Positions 1 through 10,095 of a stretch of 64,000 nt of DNA are shown one piece after another. The notes under the pieces were generated by a model, which made no database searches, was not told the origin of the DNA, and was given only the letters and a program-made list of their open reading frames with translations. The DNA comes from an uncultured Opitutales bacterium. GTDB lineage: Bacteria; Verrucomicrobiota; Verrucomicrobiia; Opitutales; UBA2987. The stretch covers positions 150,720 through 214,719 of the forward strand of contig CAZIUG010000015.1 in the NCBI GenBank assembly GCA_964542645.1, read 5' to 3'. The translations under genes were made by a program, and so were the position numbers. The first letter of the stretch is position 1; each line of letters begins with the position of its first letter.

Positions 1-848
1 CCTGATGGAGGCTCCTCAAATTCAACATCCTCCCACTTCTCGCCCTTCCCTATTCTGACGTATTTCTCCCCACTTTCGCTGAATCGCAACGAGCCATTGG
101 CACAAATCACTTGGCACTCGTAATTGGGAGCGCCGTCAGCGTAGCCGACTGCAACAACCACCCCAGCAAGCCCATTCTTATATCGAATGAGAGCGGTGGC
201 CGAATCGTCGCCACCTTGGTAATGAGCACGCGTTCCGATCGAAGCGGAGACAGACACGGCCTGAGAACCCATCATCCATGTCAGCCTGTCCACTGTGTGA
301 ACTCCATTTGTAAGCCACATTCCCCCTCCGTGATAACGGTTGCGGTATTGCGGCCGACGACTTTGGTATCCCCAATTCTTAGACATGTAGGAAACAGCCG
401 TAATAAGTGGCCCAAGTTCTCCCGAATCAAGAATCTCCTTTGCCTTGAGACTGGTCCCGTAAAAGTGCTGAGATAGACCTACCATGAGCTTCACATTGTT
501 GGCTGCTGCAGCTTCGATCATATCGTCACATTGCCGCAAACTCAAAGCCATTGGCTTCTCAACGATCACATGCTTGCCTGCATTGCAGGCATCGACTGTG
601 AGCCGATGATGAAGCTGGTGGCCTAATATTACCGCAACTGCGTCTATCTCGTCATCTTCCAAAAGTTCTTTATGGGAAGAATAGCCTTTGGGAATGCCAT
701 ATTTCTCCATGTATCGACGACGGTTCTCCTCATACAGGTCAGCTACTGCCAACACCTCAACATTCTCAAGAGTAGCAATCGCATCGCAATGCGACTGAGC
801 AATTCCCCCCAATCCAATCAACCCAACCTTCAAACGATAATCAGTCAT
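1..848 (-). CDS. Gfo/Idh/MocA family NAD(P)-dependent oxidoreductase; C-terminus runs off the left window edge
   Basis: Absent from the ORF track because no stop codon lies in the window. My reverse-strand translation from the ATG at 848 reads MTDYRLKVGLIGLGGIAQSHCDAIATLENVEVLAVADLYEENRRRYMEKYGIPKGY...HVIVEKPMALS. This carries the N-terminal Rossmann GxGxxG and the EKP motif of the family. The frame stays open to position 1. Confidence 0.85.
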   Translation of the reverse strand, partial: MTDYRLKVGLIGLGGIAQSHCDAIATLENVEVLAVADLYEENRRRYMEKYGIPKGYSSHKELLEDDEIDAVAVILGHQLHHRLTVDACNAGKHVIVEKPMALSLRQCDDMIEAAAANNVKLMVGLSQHFYGTSLKAKEILDSGELGPLITAVSYMSKNWGYQSRRPQYRNRYHGGGMWLTNGVHTVDRLTWMMGSQAVSVSASIGTRAHYQGGDDSATALIRYKNGLAGVVVAVGYADGAPNYECQVICANGSLRFSESGEKYVRIGKGEKWEDVEFEEPPS

Positions 849-1258
849 GGTCACAGCTTCGTGTTTTCAATAAGGCACTCTCCAGCTTTCAGGACAAGCT
901 TCTTTTAATTCTCAAGCTGATTTTGGACTCAGGAAATATTTCAGATTAGGCCCAACGGAAATCTGGATAATGAATAATACATAACCTGCATGTAGTTTAT
1001 AATAGTTCCAAAATCTACAGAAATCAGATATTCAGTGCACCTTTCGACTTATTACAACATCAGGCCAACAGATGCGCGATGCTCATGGTAAGATACCTTT
1101 ACACAGAGAATCCGCCATCGAGGGAAAGGGGTTTCACCTAAGACAGAATTCACACCTCAATTTTAAAGTAGATTTATCCTAGTTTAATTTCGTTAACAAT
1201 TTTACCATTGGAGGTTGATCTTGGAAATAAGTAGTCCTAGCATAAAAGGCGTTCTATC

Positions 1259-1642
1259 ATGCATCTTTTAAGTACTTTTGCTCTTAGCTTCTCCATTCTT
1301 CAATCTAGTCTTGTTCATGAGGAAACGAGTTATCCTAAAGCTTCAATTGCCCTCCTAGGTGGGACTTTTTTAAATGATGCTATGCTGGATTCTTCTCACC
1401 TCATCGGGAGTTTTAAAATCGAAACTAGCAAAGGAATGGGGGAATGGGAATGGTCGGGAATAAAGGAAGTATACCAAAGAATGAACCTTATCTGCCGAAA
1501 AATTGTTCTCGCCGCCATTCCGAGAGTAGCTGAGATAGGAAATGCTCCAAGAATCATGGATCGGCTGCTCCGAACGGATCCAGGATTCACCTATAAAAAG
1601 AAACCGGGAAAGGTCGAAAGCCGGCACTTCCCCGTCGAGTGA
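1259..1642 (+). CDS. hypothetical small protein with a hydrophobic N-terminus
   Basis: 127-aa ORF. Its TGA (1640-1642) overlaps the GTG start of nhaC (1639) as GTGA, which is a translational-coupling geometry. I recognise no family motif. Confidence 0.3.
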   Translation: MHLLSTFALSFSILQSSLVHEETSYPKASIALLGGTFLNDAMLDSSHLIGSFKIETSKGMGEWEWSGIKEVYQRMNLICRKIVLAAIPRVAEIGNAPRIMDRLLRTDPGFTYKKKPGKVESRHFPVE

Positions 1643-3060
1643 TCTCTACAACCCACAGTAATGGGCGAGGAGACAAGCCTCAACCAAACTTCTGGCAGGC
1701 CCTTTTCCCGGTAATTATCCTGATCGGCGCTCTTGCTCTCAATGTGCGACTCTATGGTGGAGAGCCACACATTCCTTTGATCATTGGAACAGCGGCGGCC
1801 TCTATAGTGGGGATTTTTATAGGCTACCGTTGGACAGATCTAGAAGAAGGGATGATTAGCGGCATAGTGATCGCCCTTAAAGCAGTTCTTATCCTCCTTA
1901 TAGTAGGCCTTTTGATTGCCACCTGGATCGCAGGAGGAGTAGTGCCTCTGCTCATTTATTATGGGCTTAAGATCTTAAGCCCCAGCATATTCCTTGTTGC
2001 CACATGTATTATTTGCTCGATTGTATCCCTTGCCACCGGCAGCTCGTGGACTACTGCTGGGACAGTTGGAATTGCTCTCATGGCAGTAGGTCAAGGATTG
2101 GGTATCCCACTTCCTATGGTAGCAGGTGCTATTGTTTCGGGCGCCTATTTCGGAGACAAAATGTCACCACTTTCAGATACTACCAACCTCTCTCCTGCTG
2201 TATCGGGATCGGAGATTTTTGAGCACATTCGACACATGATGTATACAACCATTCCTGGTTTCTGCATCGCTCTTATTCTCTACGCGGGGCTCGGAATTTA
2301 CAATACTCCGACAGCAAATTCATCGAGCGATCTCGGTTCCCTTCTCACTACTCTTGAGACTCACTATAATCTCAGCCCGATTCTTCTTACCGCCCCCCTT
2401 CTTATCTTGTTTCTTGTTATCTACAAAGTCCCGGCAATTCCAGCCCTTCTGGCCGGTTCTGTTCTCGGAGGGGTTCTCGCCTGCATTTTTCAAGGTCAGG
2501 GTATAGGTGATATTCTTGGTTCTGCCAAAAATGGATTCGTTTCACAAACAGGGAACGAACAAGTCGACGATCTTCTTACCAGGGGAGGCATTCATGGAAT
2601 GCTGAATACAATTGCACTGATTCTTTGTGCCATGTCCTTTGGCGGAATCATGGAGAAGACAGGAATGCTCAGGACTTTAGCCGCATCCATTTTAGAAACT
2701 GCTAAATCAGCTGGTTCCCTTGTTTTTGCAACAGTTCTTAGTTGCCTTGGAATGAATGCAATTGCACCGGATCAGTATCTTGCGTTGGTTGTCCCTGGGA
2801 GAATGTACCGTGGGGCATTCCATAATGCAAATCTTCATCCCAAGAATCTATCACGCTGCCTTGAAGATGCTGGCACCTTAACCTCGCCCCTCATTGCTTA
2901 CAACACCTGCGGTGCTTATATGTCGAAAGTCCTTGGAGTATCGGCAGGAGAGTATTTTCTCTTCGCCTTTCTCAATCTTCTCACCCCGGTAATTTCGGTT
3001 CTATATGGATTTACAGGCTGGACAATTAAACCGCTAGAAAAAGAGGAGATTAGGGATTAG
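1639..3060 (+). CDS. nhaC: Na+/H+ antiporter, NhaC family
   Basis: 473-aa polytopic membrane protein with the NhaC-type segment SLATGSSWTTAGTVGIALM. The size fits the family. GTG start; there is no in-frame ATG before about residue 70. Confidence 0.85.
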   Translation: MISTTHSNGRGDKPQPNFWQALFPVIILIGALALNVRLYGGEPHIPLIIGTAAASIVGIFIGYRWTDLEEGMISGIVIALKAVLILLIVGLLIATWIAGGVVPLLIYYGLKILSPSIFLVATCIICSIVSLATGSSWTTAGTVGIALMAVGQGLGIPLPMVAGAIVSGAYFGDKMSPLSDTTNLSPAVSGSEIFEHIRHMMYTTIPGFCIALILYAGLGIYNTPTANSSSDLGSLLTTLETHYNLSPILLTAPLLILFLVIYKVPAIPALLAGSVLGGVLACIFQGQGIGDILGSAKNGFVSQTGNEQVDDLLTRGGIHGMLNTIALILCAMSFGGIMEKTGMLRTLAASILETAKSAGSLVFATVLSCLGMNAIAPDQYLALVVPGRMYRGAFHNANLHPKNLSRCLEDAGTLTSPLIAYNTCGAYMSKVLGVSAGEYFLFAFLNLLTPVISVLYGFTGWTIKPLEKEEIRD

Positions 3061-3088
3061 GAAACTAACCGAGTTAGGATTTCCCGAT

Positions 3089-4756
3089 CTAGGATCCATC
3101 CCCTGCCATCAAGTGGACAAACTTATAGGGATGCTGATCAAGAATATTAGGGTGCCAGTTTTGCACTGATGGCTGCTTCAAGAAAGTTCGGACATAAAAA
3201 TAGATAGGAATCACAGGAAGCTCATCTATAAGAATGGCCTCTGCTTGCTGGAAATACTCATACCGTTCTTCCATATCAAGAGTCTTACCAGCCTTGGCGA
3301 TAAGATTGTCATATAAAGGATTACTCCATCCAGTGTGATTATTGCCAGAGCTACTGGTGAAAAGATCCAGGAAGGTGTTCGGGTCGTTGTAGTCTCCAAT
3401 CCAACCAGCTCGAGCAATAGTAAATTCTCCATCGCTTCGAGATTGCAGATATACTTTCCATTCCTGATTCTCGAGTGTAACTTCAACGTTAAGATGTTTT
3501 TTCCACATGTCCTGAATCGCTTCGGCAATCGGACGATGGGCCTCCGAGGTATTATAGAGAAGGCGCAGTGATGGAAATCCTTTGCCCTCCGGGTATCCCG
3601 CTTCATCGAGAAAACGGCGCGCCAAATCAAGATCTTCGGTTAGCCGCATTCTAGAAGTGTAACCAGCCGTATTCGGAGGGGTAAAAAAATAGGCAGGAAT
3701 CTGCCCCCCCCGCGTAATACTCTCGACGATGGCCATTCGATCGATTGCCATATTTAGTGCCCTTCTCACGCGGGGATCGTTCAAAGGCGGATTCTCCGTG
3801 TTGAAAAGATAATAGTAAGTCCCAAGCCAACCGTGGAGTTCTAAATATCGGGACCCTTCTCTCTGTAACCTCTCGATGCTATTAAGATTTACCGTTCCGG
3901 TTAGATGAAGCTGCCCAGCTTGGAAGTTGCGTTCTTCGGTAATTGCATTTTCGATAGCATAAAATCTAATCCCATTAAGAACTACTCGTTCTGCGTCCCA
4001 GTAAAACGGATTTTTTTTCACTACCACAACGTCAGAGACATTCCACTCCTTCAGGGAAAACGGGCCATTTCCCACGTGATTACCTGGCCGTGTCCACCTA
4101 GAACCCCTTTGACTCATCTTTCCATATTTCAAGATGGTCTTCTTATGAACCGGATACCAAGAGTTATGATTTATTAGGGAAAGAAAATAAGGAGTCGGGG
4201 TCTTCAACCGTACTACCAGACGGTGTGGATCCAGTGCTTCAAATCCTACTAACGCGAAATCCGTCAATTCACCGCGATGATATTTCTCGGCATTATCTAC
4301 TACATAAAACATATACGCGTACTCGGCCCCAAACTCGGGCGTTAACATGCGCCGGTAAGAAAATATAAAATCATTTGATGTCACTGCGTCGCCATTTGAC
4401 CATTTTGCATCACGTTTTAGATAAAATGTGTAGCATCGGCCGTCTTCAGATACTTCCCATCGTTCTGCAACTCCGGGAATTGGAGAAAGATCCTCCGGAT
4501 GTGTGTTCACTAACCCTTCAAATAGGGCCATATGTATATGATGCTCAGGAAGACCCGTCGTTACTTGAGGGTCGAGGTCCTCTGGGTCGGTACCATTTCC
4601 GATCAGGAGAATCTGCTCTCTATTGGCAATATCAACCGGTGTAAGGCGATCCTTGCAACCAGTGAGAAAGAACAAGGGGACTAAAGCCGTAAAGGGCAAG
4701 AAAACCGTTTTGCACCATTGCATCTTGCCGCTCATTTTTTGATTAAAAGTCGACAA
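3089..4756 (-). CDS. ABC transporter substrate-binding lipoprotein, family 5 (peptide/opine/nickel; OppA/DppA-like)
   Basis: 555 aa. Signal peptide with lipobox FFLTGC. The length and sequence pattern (WSNGD..T..DF, RRA...AIDR) are typical of SBP family 5. Last gene of a three-gene minus-strand operon. Confidence 0.9.
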   Translation of the reverse strand: MSTFNQKMSGKMQWCKTVFLPFTALVPLFFLTGCKDRLTPVDIANREQILLIGNGTDPEDLDPQVTTGLPEHHIHMALFEGLVNTHPEDLSPIPGVAERWEVSEDGRCYTFYLKRDAKWSNGDAVTSNDFIFSYRRMLTPEFGAEYAYMFYVVDNAEKYHRGELTDFALVGFEALDPHRLVVRLKTPTPYFLSLINHNSWYPVHKKTILKYGKMSQRGSRWTRPGNHVGNGPFSLKEWNVSDVVVVKKNPFYWDAERVVLNGIRFYAIENAITEERNFQAGQLHLTGTVNLNSIERLQREGSRYLELHGWLGTYYYLFNTENPPLNDPRVRRALNMAIDRMAIVESITRGGQIPAYFFTPPNTAGYTSRMRLTEDLDLARRFLDEAGYPEGKGFPSLRLLYNTSEAHRPIAEAIQDMWKKHLNVEVTLENQEWKVYLQSRSDGEFTIARAGWIGDYNDPNTFLDLFTSSSGNNHTGWSNPLYDNLIAKAGKTLDMEERYEYFQQAEAILIDELPVIPIYFYVRTFLKQPSVQNWHPNILDQHPYKFVHLMAGDGS

Positions 4757-4790
4757 GAAATCTACTCCTAATTTTCAATGTTCAAGGTTT

Positions 4791-5588
4791 TTAGCCAATC
4801 CTTGGCACCGCAGAGATCAATTTATTAGTATATTCGTGCTGGGCATCTGTGTAGATCTTTTTTGCTGTCACCTGTTCGACTATCTTCCCATCGTTCATGA
4901 CAAGGATAAACTCACTAATGTGTTGAATCACAGCCAAATCGTGAGCAATGAAAAGAAGAGTCAGATTGAATTCCTCTTGGAGATCCTGCAAGAGGTTAAT
5001 GATTTGCGCCTGAACTGAAACATCAAGAGCACTAACTGGTTCGTCACAAATTAAAAATTCAGGCTCGACGGCCAAAGCCCTGGCAATCCCAATTCGCTGC
5101 CGCTGGCCACCACTAAACTCGTGGGGATACCGGTCGATATGTTCAGGCCCAAGTCCTACCTTCTCTAATAAGTCAACAACTCTATCCCGCTTTCCTCCTC
5201 TGCTCATTTCAGGGAAATGGATATACAGTGGTTCCGCAACAATACCAGAAACCGTCATTCTCGGATTCAACGAATTAAAAGGATCCTGAAAAATCATTTG
5301 GATCCGCTTCCTAAAGGGAAGAAAGTCACTGGGGATTAAATTGCTAATCAGTTTTCCCTCGTAGGAGATTGTCCCAGAAGTAATGGTCTGTAACCCAATT
5401 ATAGCACGACCGACTGTAGTTTTCCCACTTCCACTTTCTCCCACAAGCCCTACCGTTGATCCACGTCGAATTATGAAGGAAACACCATTCACCGCCCTTA
5501 TATATTTCTTAACTCCTCGGAAAATACTCCCGCCTACCGGAAAATCCACCATCAAGTCCTTAACTTCTATAAGAGCCTGATACCTCAT
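4791..5588 (-). CDS. peptide/opine ABC transporter ATP-binding protein (OppF/DppF-like)
   Basis: Walker A GESGSGKT, signature FSGGQRQR, Walker [12 protein letters not shown], and a C-terminal HEYT..L..A.P motif. ATGA overlap with the upstream ATPase gene at 5585-5588. Confidence 0.9.
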   Translation of the reverse strand: MRYQALIEVKDLMVDFPVGGSIFRGVKKYIRAVNGVSFIIRRGSTVGLVGESGSGKTTVGRAIIGLQTITSGTISYEGKLISNLIPSDFLPFRKRIQMIFQDPFNSLNPRMTVSGIVAEPLYIHFPEMSRGGKRDRVVDLLEKVGLGPEHIDRYPHEFSGGQRQRIGIARALAVEPEFLICDEPVSALDVSVQAQIINLLQDLQEEFNLTLLFIAHDLAVIQHISEFILVMNDGKIVEQVTAKKIYTDAQHEYTNKLISAVPRIG

Positions 5589-6442
5589 TTATCCAGCATC
5601 TCGTAATCGATTGTAGTCAAACGCCTCTGTTTTTTTCCAATTTGAGGAATACAAGAAATAAGAGACTTTGTATAGGCATGTTCCGGTTCGTGGAGCACTC
5701 GATCGGTCGGCCCCGATTCGACGATTTTACCACGAAACATGACGACAACATCGTCTGCGAAATCAGAAACTATTCCAAAATTATGAGTAATTAGGATCAC
5801 CGACATCTTCGTATCTCTACGAATCTGACGAAGCAGATCTATAATTTGGGCCTGAATCGTAACATCGAGAGCCGTGGTCGGCTCATCTGCTATCAGAATG
5901 CGAGGTTCGCTAGCTAATGCCATTGCGATCATCACTCGTTGCTGCATCCCCCCGCTTAACTGATAGGGATAGTCATTAATTCGCACCTCCGGATTACGTA
6001 TACCTACTCGGTGAAGAGCGTCTATTACCCGTCCTCTCTTGTCTTTCACTTGGGGAAGATGTAATTTTACCGCTTCCTCAATTTGGTAACCAATAGTCAG
6101 TACCGGATTCAGAGATGAAGTAGGATCTTGGAAAATATAGGCAATTTCTTTGCCACGATATTTTCGGATCTCCCTTCTATTTAGTCGGAGTAAATCCGTT
6201 CCCTGATAGAGCACCTGACCCGTGATTTTACAGACCGAATCACCCGGAAGCAAACGGGTCAAAGCAAGGGCAGAAACAGTCTTCCCACTCCCACTTTCTC
6301 CTACAATAGCCAGGGTTTTTCCTGTCTCAAGGGAAAATGATACATTTTTAACCACACGCAAAATTCCCTCACGAGAGCTAAAGCTTATGTCAAGATTCTT
6401 AACTTCGAGGTAATTTTTCTGGTTAGCGCTGCTCACTTTCAA
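5585..6442 (-). CDS. peptide/opine ABC transporter ATP-binding protein (OppD/DppD-like)
   Basis: Walker A GESGSGKT, signature LSGGMQQR, Walker B LIADEPTTALD, and a C-terminal HAYTKSLISCIP motif. Confidence 0.9.
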   Translation of the reverse strand: MKVSSANQKNYLEVKNLDISFSSREGILRVVKNVSFSLETGKTLAIVGESGSGKTVSALALTRLLPGDSVCKITGQVLYQGTDLLRLNRREIRKYRGKEIAYIFQDPTSSLNPVLTIGYQIEEAVKLHLPQVKDKRGRVIDALHRVGIRNPEVRINDYPYQLSGGMQQRVMIAMALASEPRILIADEPTTALDVTIQAQIIDLLRQIRRDTKMSVILITHNFGIVSDFADDVVVMFRGKIVESGPTDRVLHEPEHAYTKSLISCIPQIGKKQRRLTTIDYEMLDK

Positions 6443-6832
6443 ATGCTATTCCTCTTTCTGGACTACACAGGCAATCTGAAAGCAGCCAAGCAGATCGACT
6501 GAACACATAAAGTTTTCAGAACCTTATTAAATCTAAGGAATAAACCACTTCCGATTTGTGGAAGCTTATCCCCAAATCTATCAATCGCAACTACGATTAT
6601 CTAGATCATAGCTTTAAATGTAAGCAATCTCTCAAAAAAGTTAGAATCCCGTCCCATTTGCCTGCTGTGCAGTGAGTTCAGGCAAGCGAAAGAAAATTTC
6701 GAAAATTCTAATCATCTAATAAAGGATGATTGGGGTAAAAGCCCACCTATGAGGATTCAATAGATTACTAAGTTTAAGATTAGTGATTCACTAACTTTTC
6801 CAGATTAATGAGGAGAGGAAAACATCACAGCC

Positions 6833-7981
6833 TCAACCTGCTGCATTACCCTCTTCCTCTGCCAATACTTCCGGGGCAAGGTCTCCAATGGATGCGCTTA
6901 ATGTATCCTGTTGTTCTGTTACTAGTCGACCAGCCGATTCCGGGAGGGGGGTATCAAACTGATAGCTAGGATCGACCTGTTGGCGTCGCCATATTTCACG
7001 CATTTCCCGCCAAGCTCCCACCAAAGTACGTGGCTTCGGCATATCGTCCGCGATCTCGTGATATAATTCAGCCAGTCTATAACATGGCACACTGGCATAC
7101 ATATGGTGCTCCGTATGCCAGTTCATTCGCCAATAAAGAAACGAAGACAACGGATCCAGGGTCATAGAACGGACACATAGTCGAAAATCAGGAACATTAT
7201 CCCGCAAACCGCAGTGCATAGGAACACCTACCATGTATCTCCATATGTTTCCAATAAATGGGGCCAGAGTAATAAGTATTGGGAGGAGCCAAAGCTTAAA
7301 ACTAATTGCAATCACCAAAACAACAACATGGAAAAAGATGGTGATTCTTGCACAATTTATAGCTTTCATCCGTTCTTCAGGGCAGTCCTCGTACAGTGCT
7401 TCAATCCACTCTCTTTGACCTGGAAAGCGAGCCAGCGCTGTGGAGAAAAGCGTTTTCATATGGTTTATCATACCGCCGGCCTCAAACCCACCCACAACGT
7501 TAAAAGTTAGCATCTGCAGTACAAACAGGATTTTCAGGCTCGGATTCTTAGGCAATTCAACCTCCCGATCACCCTCAGGATGGAGTGTGTAACGATGGTG
7601 GTAAGTGTGGCTCATTGCATAGTTACGATGATTGTGGTAGGAAAGAACGGAATAGATCCAAAGAAACGCTCGATTGAGCCACTTGGTTTTGAAAACCGTT
7701 CCATGTCCTAACTCATGGTTGGCTGAACCCATGAAGCTCCAAAATGCACCATGAATAAAGAGTGCTACCACGAACCCAATCCAATTTTGTTGTAGGAAAA
7801 AAGAATAAGTAATCACGCCAGTACAACCAACCATCGCTAAGTGTCCTAAAGACTGAAACCAGCCTTGAATATTACTTGGCCTACTCAATTCTCGCAATTT
7901 GTTAACGGGGACTGGACATCTATACCAAGACACCCGGAGTGTTTTCCGAACTTCATCGAGAGGTGTATGTTTAGTTTTCAT
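6833..7981 (-). CDS. membrane di-iron fatty-acid desaturase/hydroxylase family protein (MocD/AlkB/CrtW-type histidine boxes)
   Basis: Three histidine boxes (HELGH, HTYHH, HTEHH) plus hydrophobic segments. The ORF track starts at a TTG (8002). The ATG at 7981 is preceded by AAGGAAAGGAAA, so I prefer 7981. Confidence 0.8.
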   Translation of the reverse strand: MKTKHTPLDEVRKTLRVSWYRCPVPVNKLRELSRPSNIQGWFQSLGHLAMVGCTGVITYSFFLQQNWIGFVVALFIHGAFWSFMGSANHELGHGTVFKTKWLNRAFLWIYSVLSYHNHRNYAMSHTYHHRYTLHPEGDREVELPKNPSLKILFVLQMLTFNVVGGFEAGGMINHMKTLFSTALARFPGQREWIEALYEDCPEERMKAINCARITIFFHVVVLVIAISFKLWLLPILITLAPFIGNIWRYMVGVPMHCGLRDNVPDFRLCVRSMTLDPLSSFLYWRMNWHTEHHMYASVPCYRLAELYHEIADDMPKPRTLVGAWREMREIWRRQQVDPSYQFDTPLPESAGRLVTEQQDTLSASIGDLAPEVLAEEEGNAAG

Positions 7982-8056
7982 TTTCCTTTCCTTTCTGAGC
8001 AAACGATCCTTTTGTAGATGAACAAAGTCTCAGAAATTATCAATCTATAATCACCT

Positions 8057-9046
8057 ATGAAACCACTTAGAATGGGCATTATTGGAGCCGGCGCTATGGG
8101 AAATAAGCATGCTCGTGATATACGACAACGCACCGACGCTGAAGTTATCGCAGTCTGTGATCCGAATAAGGCATCGATCGAACGCATCACGGAAACCCTA
8201 GGAATTACAACTTCAAATATTCGTCAATACTCTGAACTGAGCGAAATGCTGGGTAAAGATGGTTTGGAAGCGGTCGTTATTGCTACTCCTCATGCACAAC
8301 ACAATGACCACGTCAATGCCTGTCTTGATGCTGGTCTCCACGTCCTAGTGGAGAAACCAATGGCCACAACCGTAAAGGCAGCACGAGAATTCATCGCTGC
8401 TTCAGAGAGGAATGAAAGGATACTCGCAATAGCCTATCAGCGACATGGCTTAGGAAAGTTTATACGGGCTCGGCAGCTATTACAAGAGGGAGCCATAGGT
8501 GAGATCCGTTTCCTAAATGTACTGATTGCCCAAAATTGTCTCCATGCTTTTGAGCCAGGCGAAAAATGGCGAGGGGATCCGGAGATTTCGGGGGGAGGGC
8601 ATTTCATAGACACTGGAAGCCACATCAACGATATTATGCTCTGGACAACCGGATTGGAGCCAAAGCAGGTCCAAGCATCCATGAGCCGGGAGGGGATTTT
8701 AGTCGATGTACTAACCGGAGTTGTAGTCGAGTTTACCAGTGGTGCTCTTGGTACACTCGCTTTCACTTCTTTGTCGCCGGCATGGCGAGAGGAGTTTACA
8801 TTCTACGGAACTGAAGGAGAACTCCGGTTCGGCGACTCGGAGCCATTGAGACTACACCGAACCGGCGAGGATATCATTCTTCCAGAGGATGCCAAACAAG
8901 GCAACACACCGCTTCATAATTTTGTAGAATGCATTAGAGGGAAGGCGCAAGTTCAGGCACCACCTATCTGTGGTCTGCGTGTAGCGCAACTAACCGAAGC
9001 CGTCTATAAAGCAGCCGAGTTTGGGAGAGCCGCAGAGGTGGAATAG
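8057..9046 (+). CDS. Gfo/Idh/MocA family oxidoreductase
   Basis: N-terminal MGIIGAGAMGNKHA Rossmann motif and the VLVEKPMA (EKP) motif. 329 aa. Divergent from the desaturase-like gene. Confidence 0.85.
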   Translation: MKPLRMGIIGAGAMGNKHARDIRQRTDAEVIAVCDPNKASIERITETLGITTSNIRQYSELSEMLGKDGLEAVVIATPHAQHNDHVNACLDAGLHVLVEKPMATTVKAAREFIAASERNERILAIAYQRHGLGKFIRARQLLQEGAIGEIRFLNVLIAQNCLHAFEPGEKWRGDPEISGGGHFIDTGSHINDIMLWTTGLEPKQVQASMSREGILVDVLTGVVVEFTSGALGTLAFTSLSPAWREEFTFYGTEGELRFGDSEPLRLHRTGEDIILPEDAKQGNTPLHNFVECIRGKAQVQAPPICGLRVAQLTEAVYKAAEFGRAAEVE

Positions 9047-9179
9047 TGTCGTTACAAATTAGAGGCATTCCAATACAAAATGATAGGGTAAATCCATTTC
9101 CTGAATTACTGACCTAAATATAAAACTCAAATCCATTAACTGTTAAACTATTCTATTAACCCCTTAAGAATATTCTCCT

Positions 9180-9974
9180 ATGATAAAAATTGGATGTAAC
9201 TACCTCAGCCTAAAAAACACCCCTGTTGAAGAATTCATCAAAATAGTCTACGATCTTAGGCTTGATGTTGTCGACTTTCACCAGGGCGCCTTTGAATCGA
9301 CCGACCCTGTTTATTTGAGCAAAATCAAATCTCTTTGCCTAAAATACGGCCTTCCAATAGGGTACATTGGAGTTAGCGGCCTCTTCCATGGCACCGCTGA
9401 GGAAAGAGACGAACAGGCCTCAATAGCAAAGGACGCAGTTGATTTGGCTGCATTTCTTGGATCTCCTATAATCAGACTTTTCTGCGCAACAGTACCGGAG
9501 AAAACCGCAGATGGCGAGGAAGTCTGGCCCGGAATGATTGCGGGATATCAAGAAGTAGCCGATTACGCTGCTACCAAAGGAATATCAATTGGCTTACAGA
9601 ATCATCCTATAACAGGTAAAGCCATGCTGCAAATCCGCGAAGAAACTAATCGTGATAATTTCAACTTTATAGTGGATACCGGACAATGGACTGGCTCCCC
9701 TGGGGCAGCCCCTAGAGGTAAAACTGATCCCAAACACGACTTCTACGGATACATGGAGGAAACCCTTCCTCATGCGATGTATATCAGAACAAAGTTCTAC
9801 AGGATCGAAACCGGTAAAGAAGAATGGCTCGACTACGAGCGAATTGCCTCTCTCATCAAAAACATCAACTACAACGGTTGCATCTCGATTGTCTATGAAG
9901 GAGAAAACGAAGATCGCATAGATCAAGTTCGCCTGGCAGCCTCCTATTTGCGCCAGTTGCTAAATGGGCATTGA
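9180..9974 (+). CDS. sugar phosphate isomerase/epimerase (xylose-isomerase-like TIM barrel; IolE/MocC-like fold)
   Basis: 264 aa. The pattern (D..A..LG...IR.., GI.IGLQNH, ..VDTG) is typical of the AP-endonuclease-2/xylose-isomerase-like TIM-barrel family. Confidence 0.8.
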   Translation: MIKIGCNYLSLKNTPVEEFIKIVYDLRLDVVDFHQGAFESTDPVYLSKIKSLCLKYGLPIGYIGVSGLFHGTAEERDEQASIAKDAVDLAAFLGSPIIRLFCATVPEKTADGEEVWPGMIAGYQEVADYAATKGISIGLQNHPITGKAMLQIREETNRDNFNFIVDTGQWTGSPGAAPRGKTDPKHDFYGYMEETLPHAMYIRTKFYRIETGKEEWLDYERIASLIKNINYNGCISIVYEGENEDRIDQVRLAASYLRQLLNGH

Positions 9975-10095
9975 GAAGACAGAAATTAAATAAGAATTGA
10001 GCACTGCCATGCAGAAGGAATTTGAAAGGGTAAAAGCTCTCTACTAGTTTTCCCAGATTTCCGAGAAATATGATTTGCCCTTTCAAGAGGTCTAC

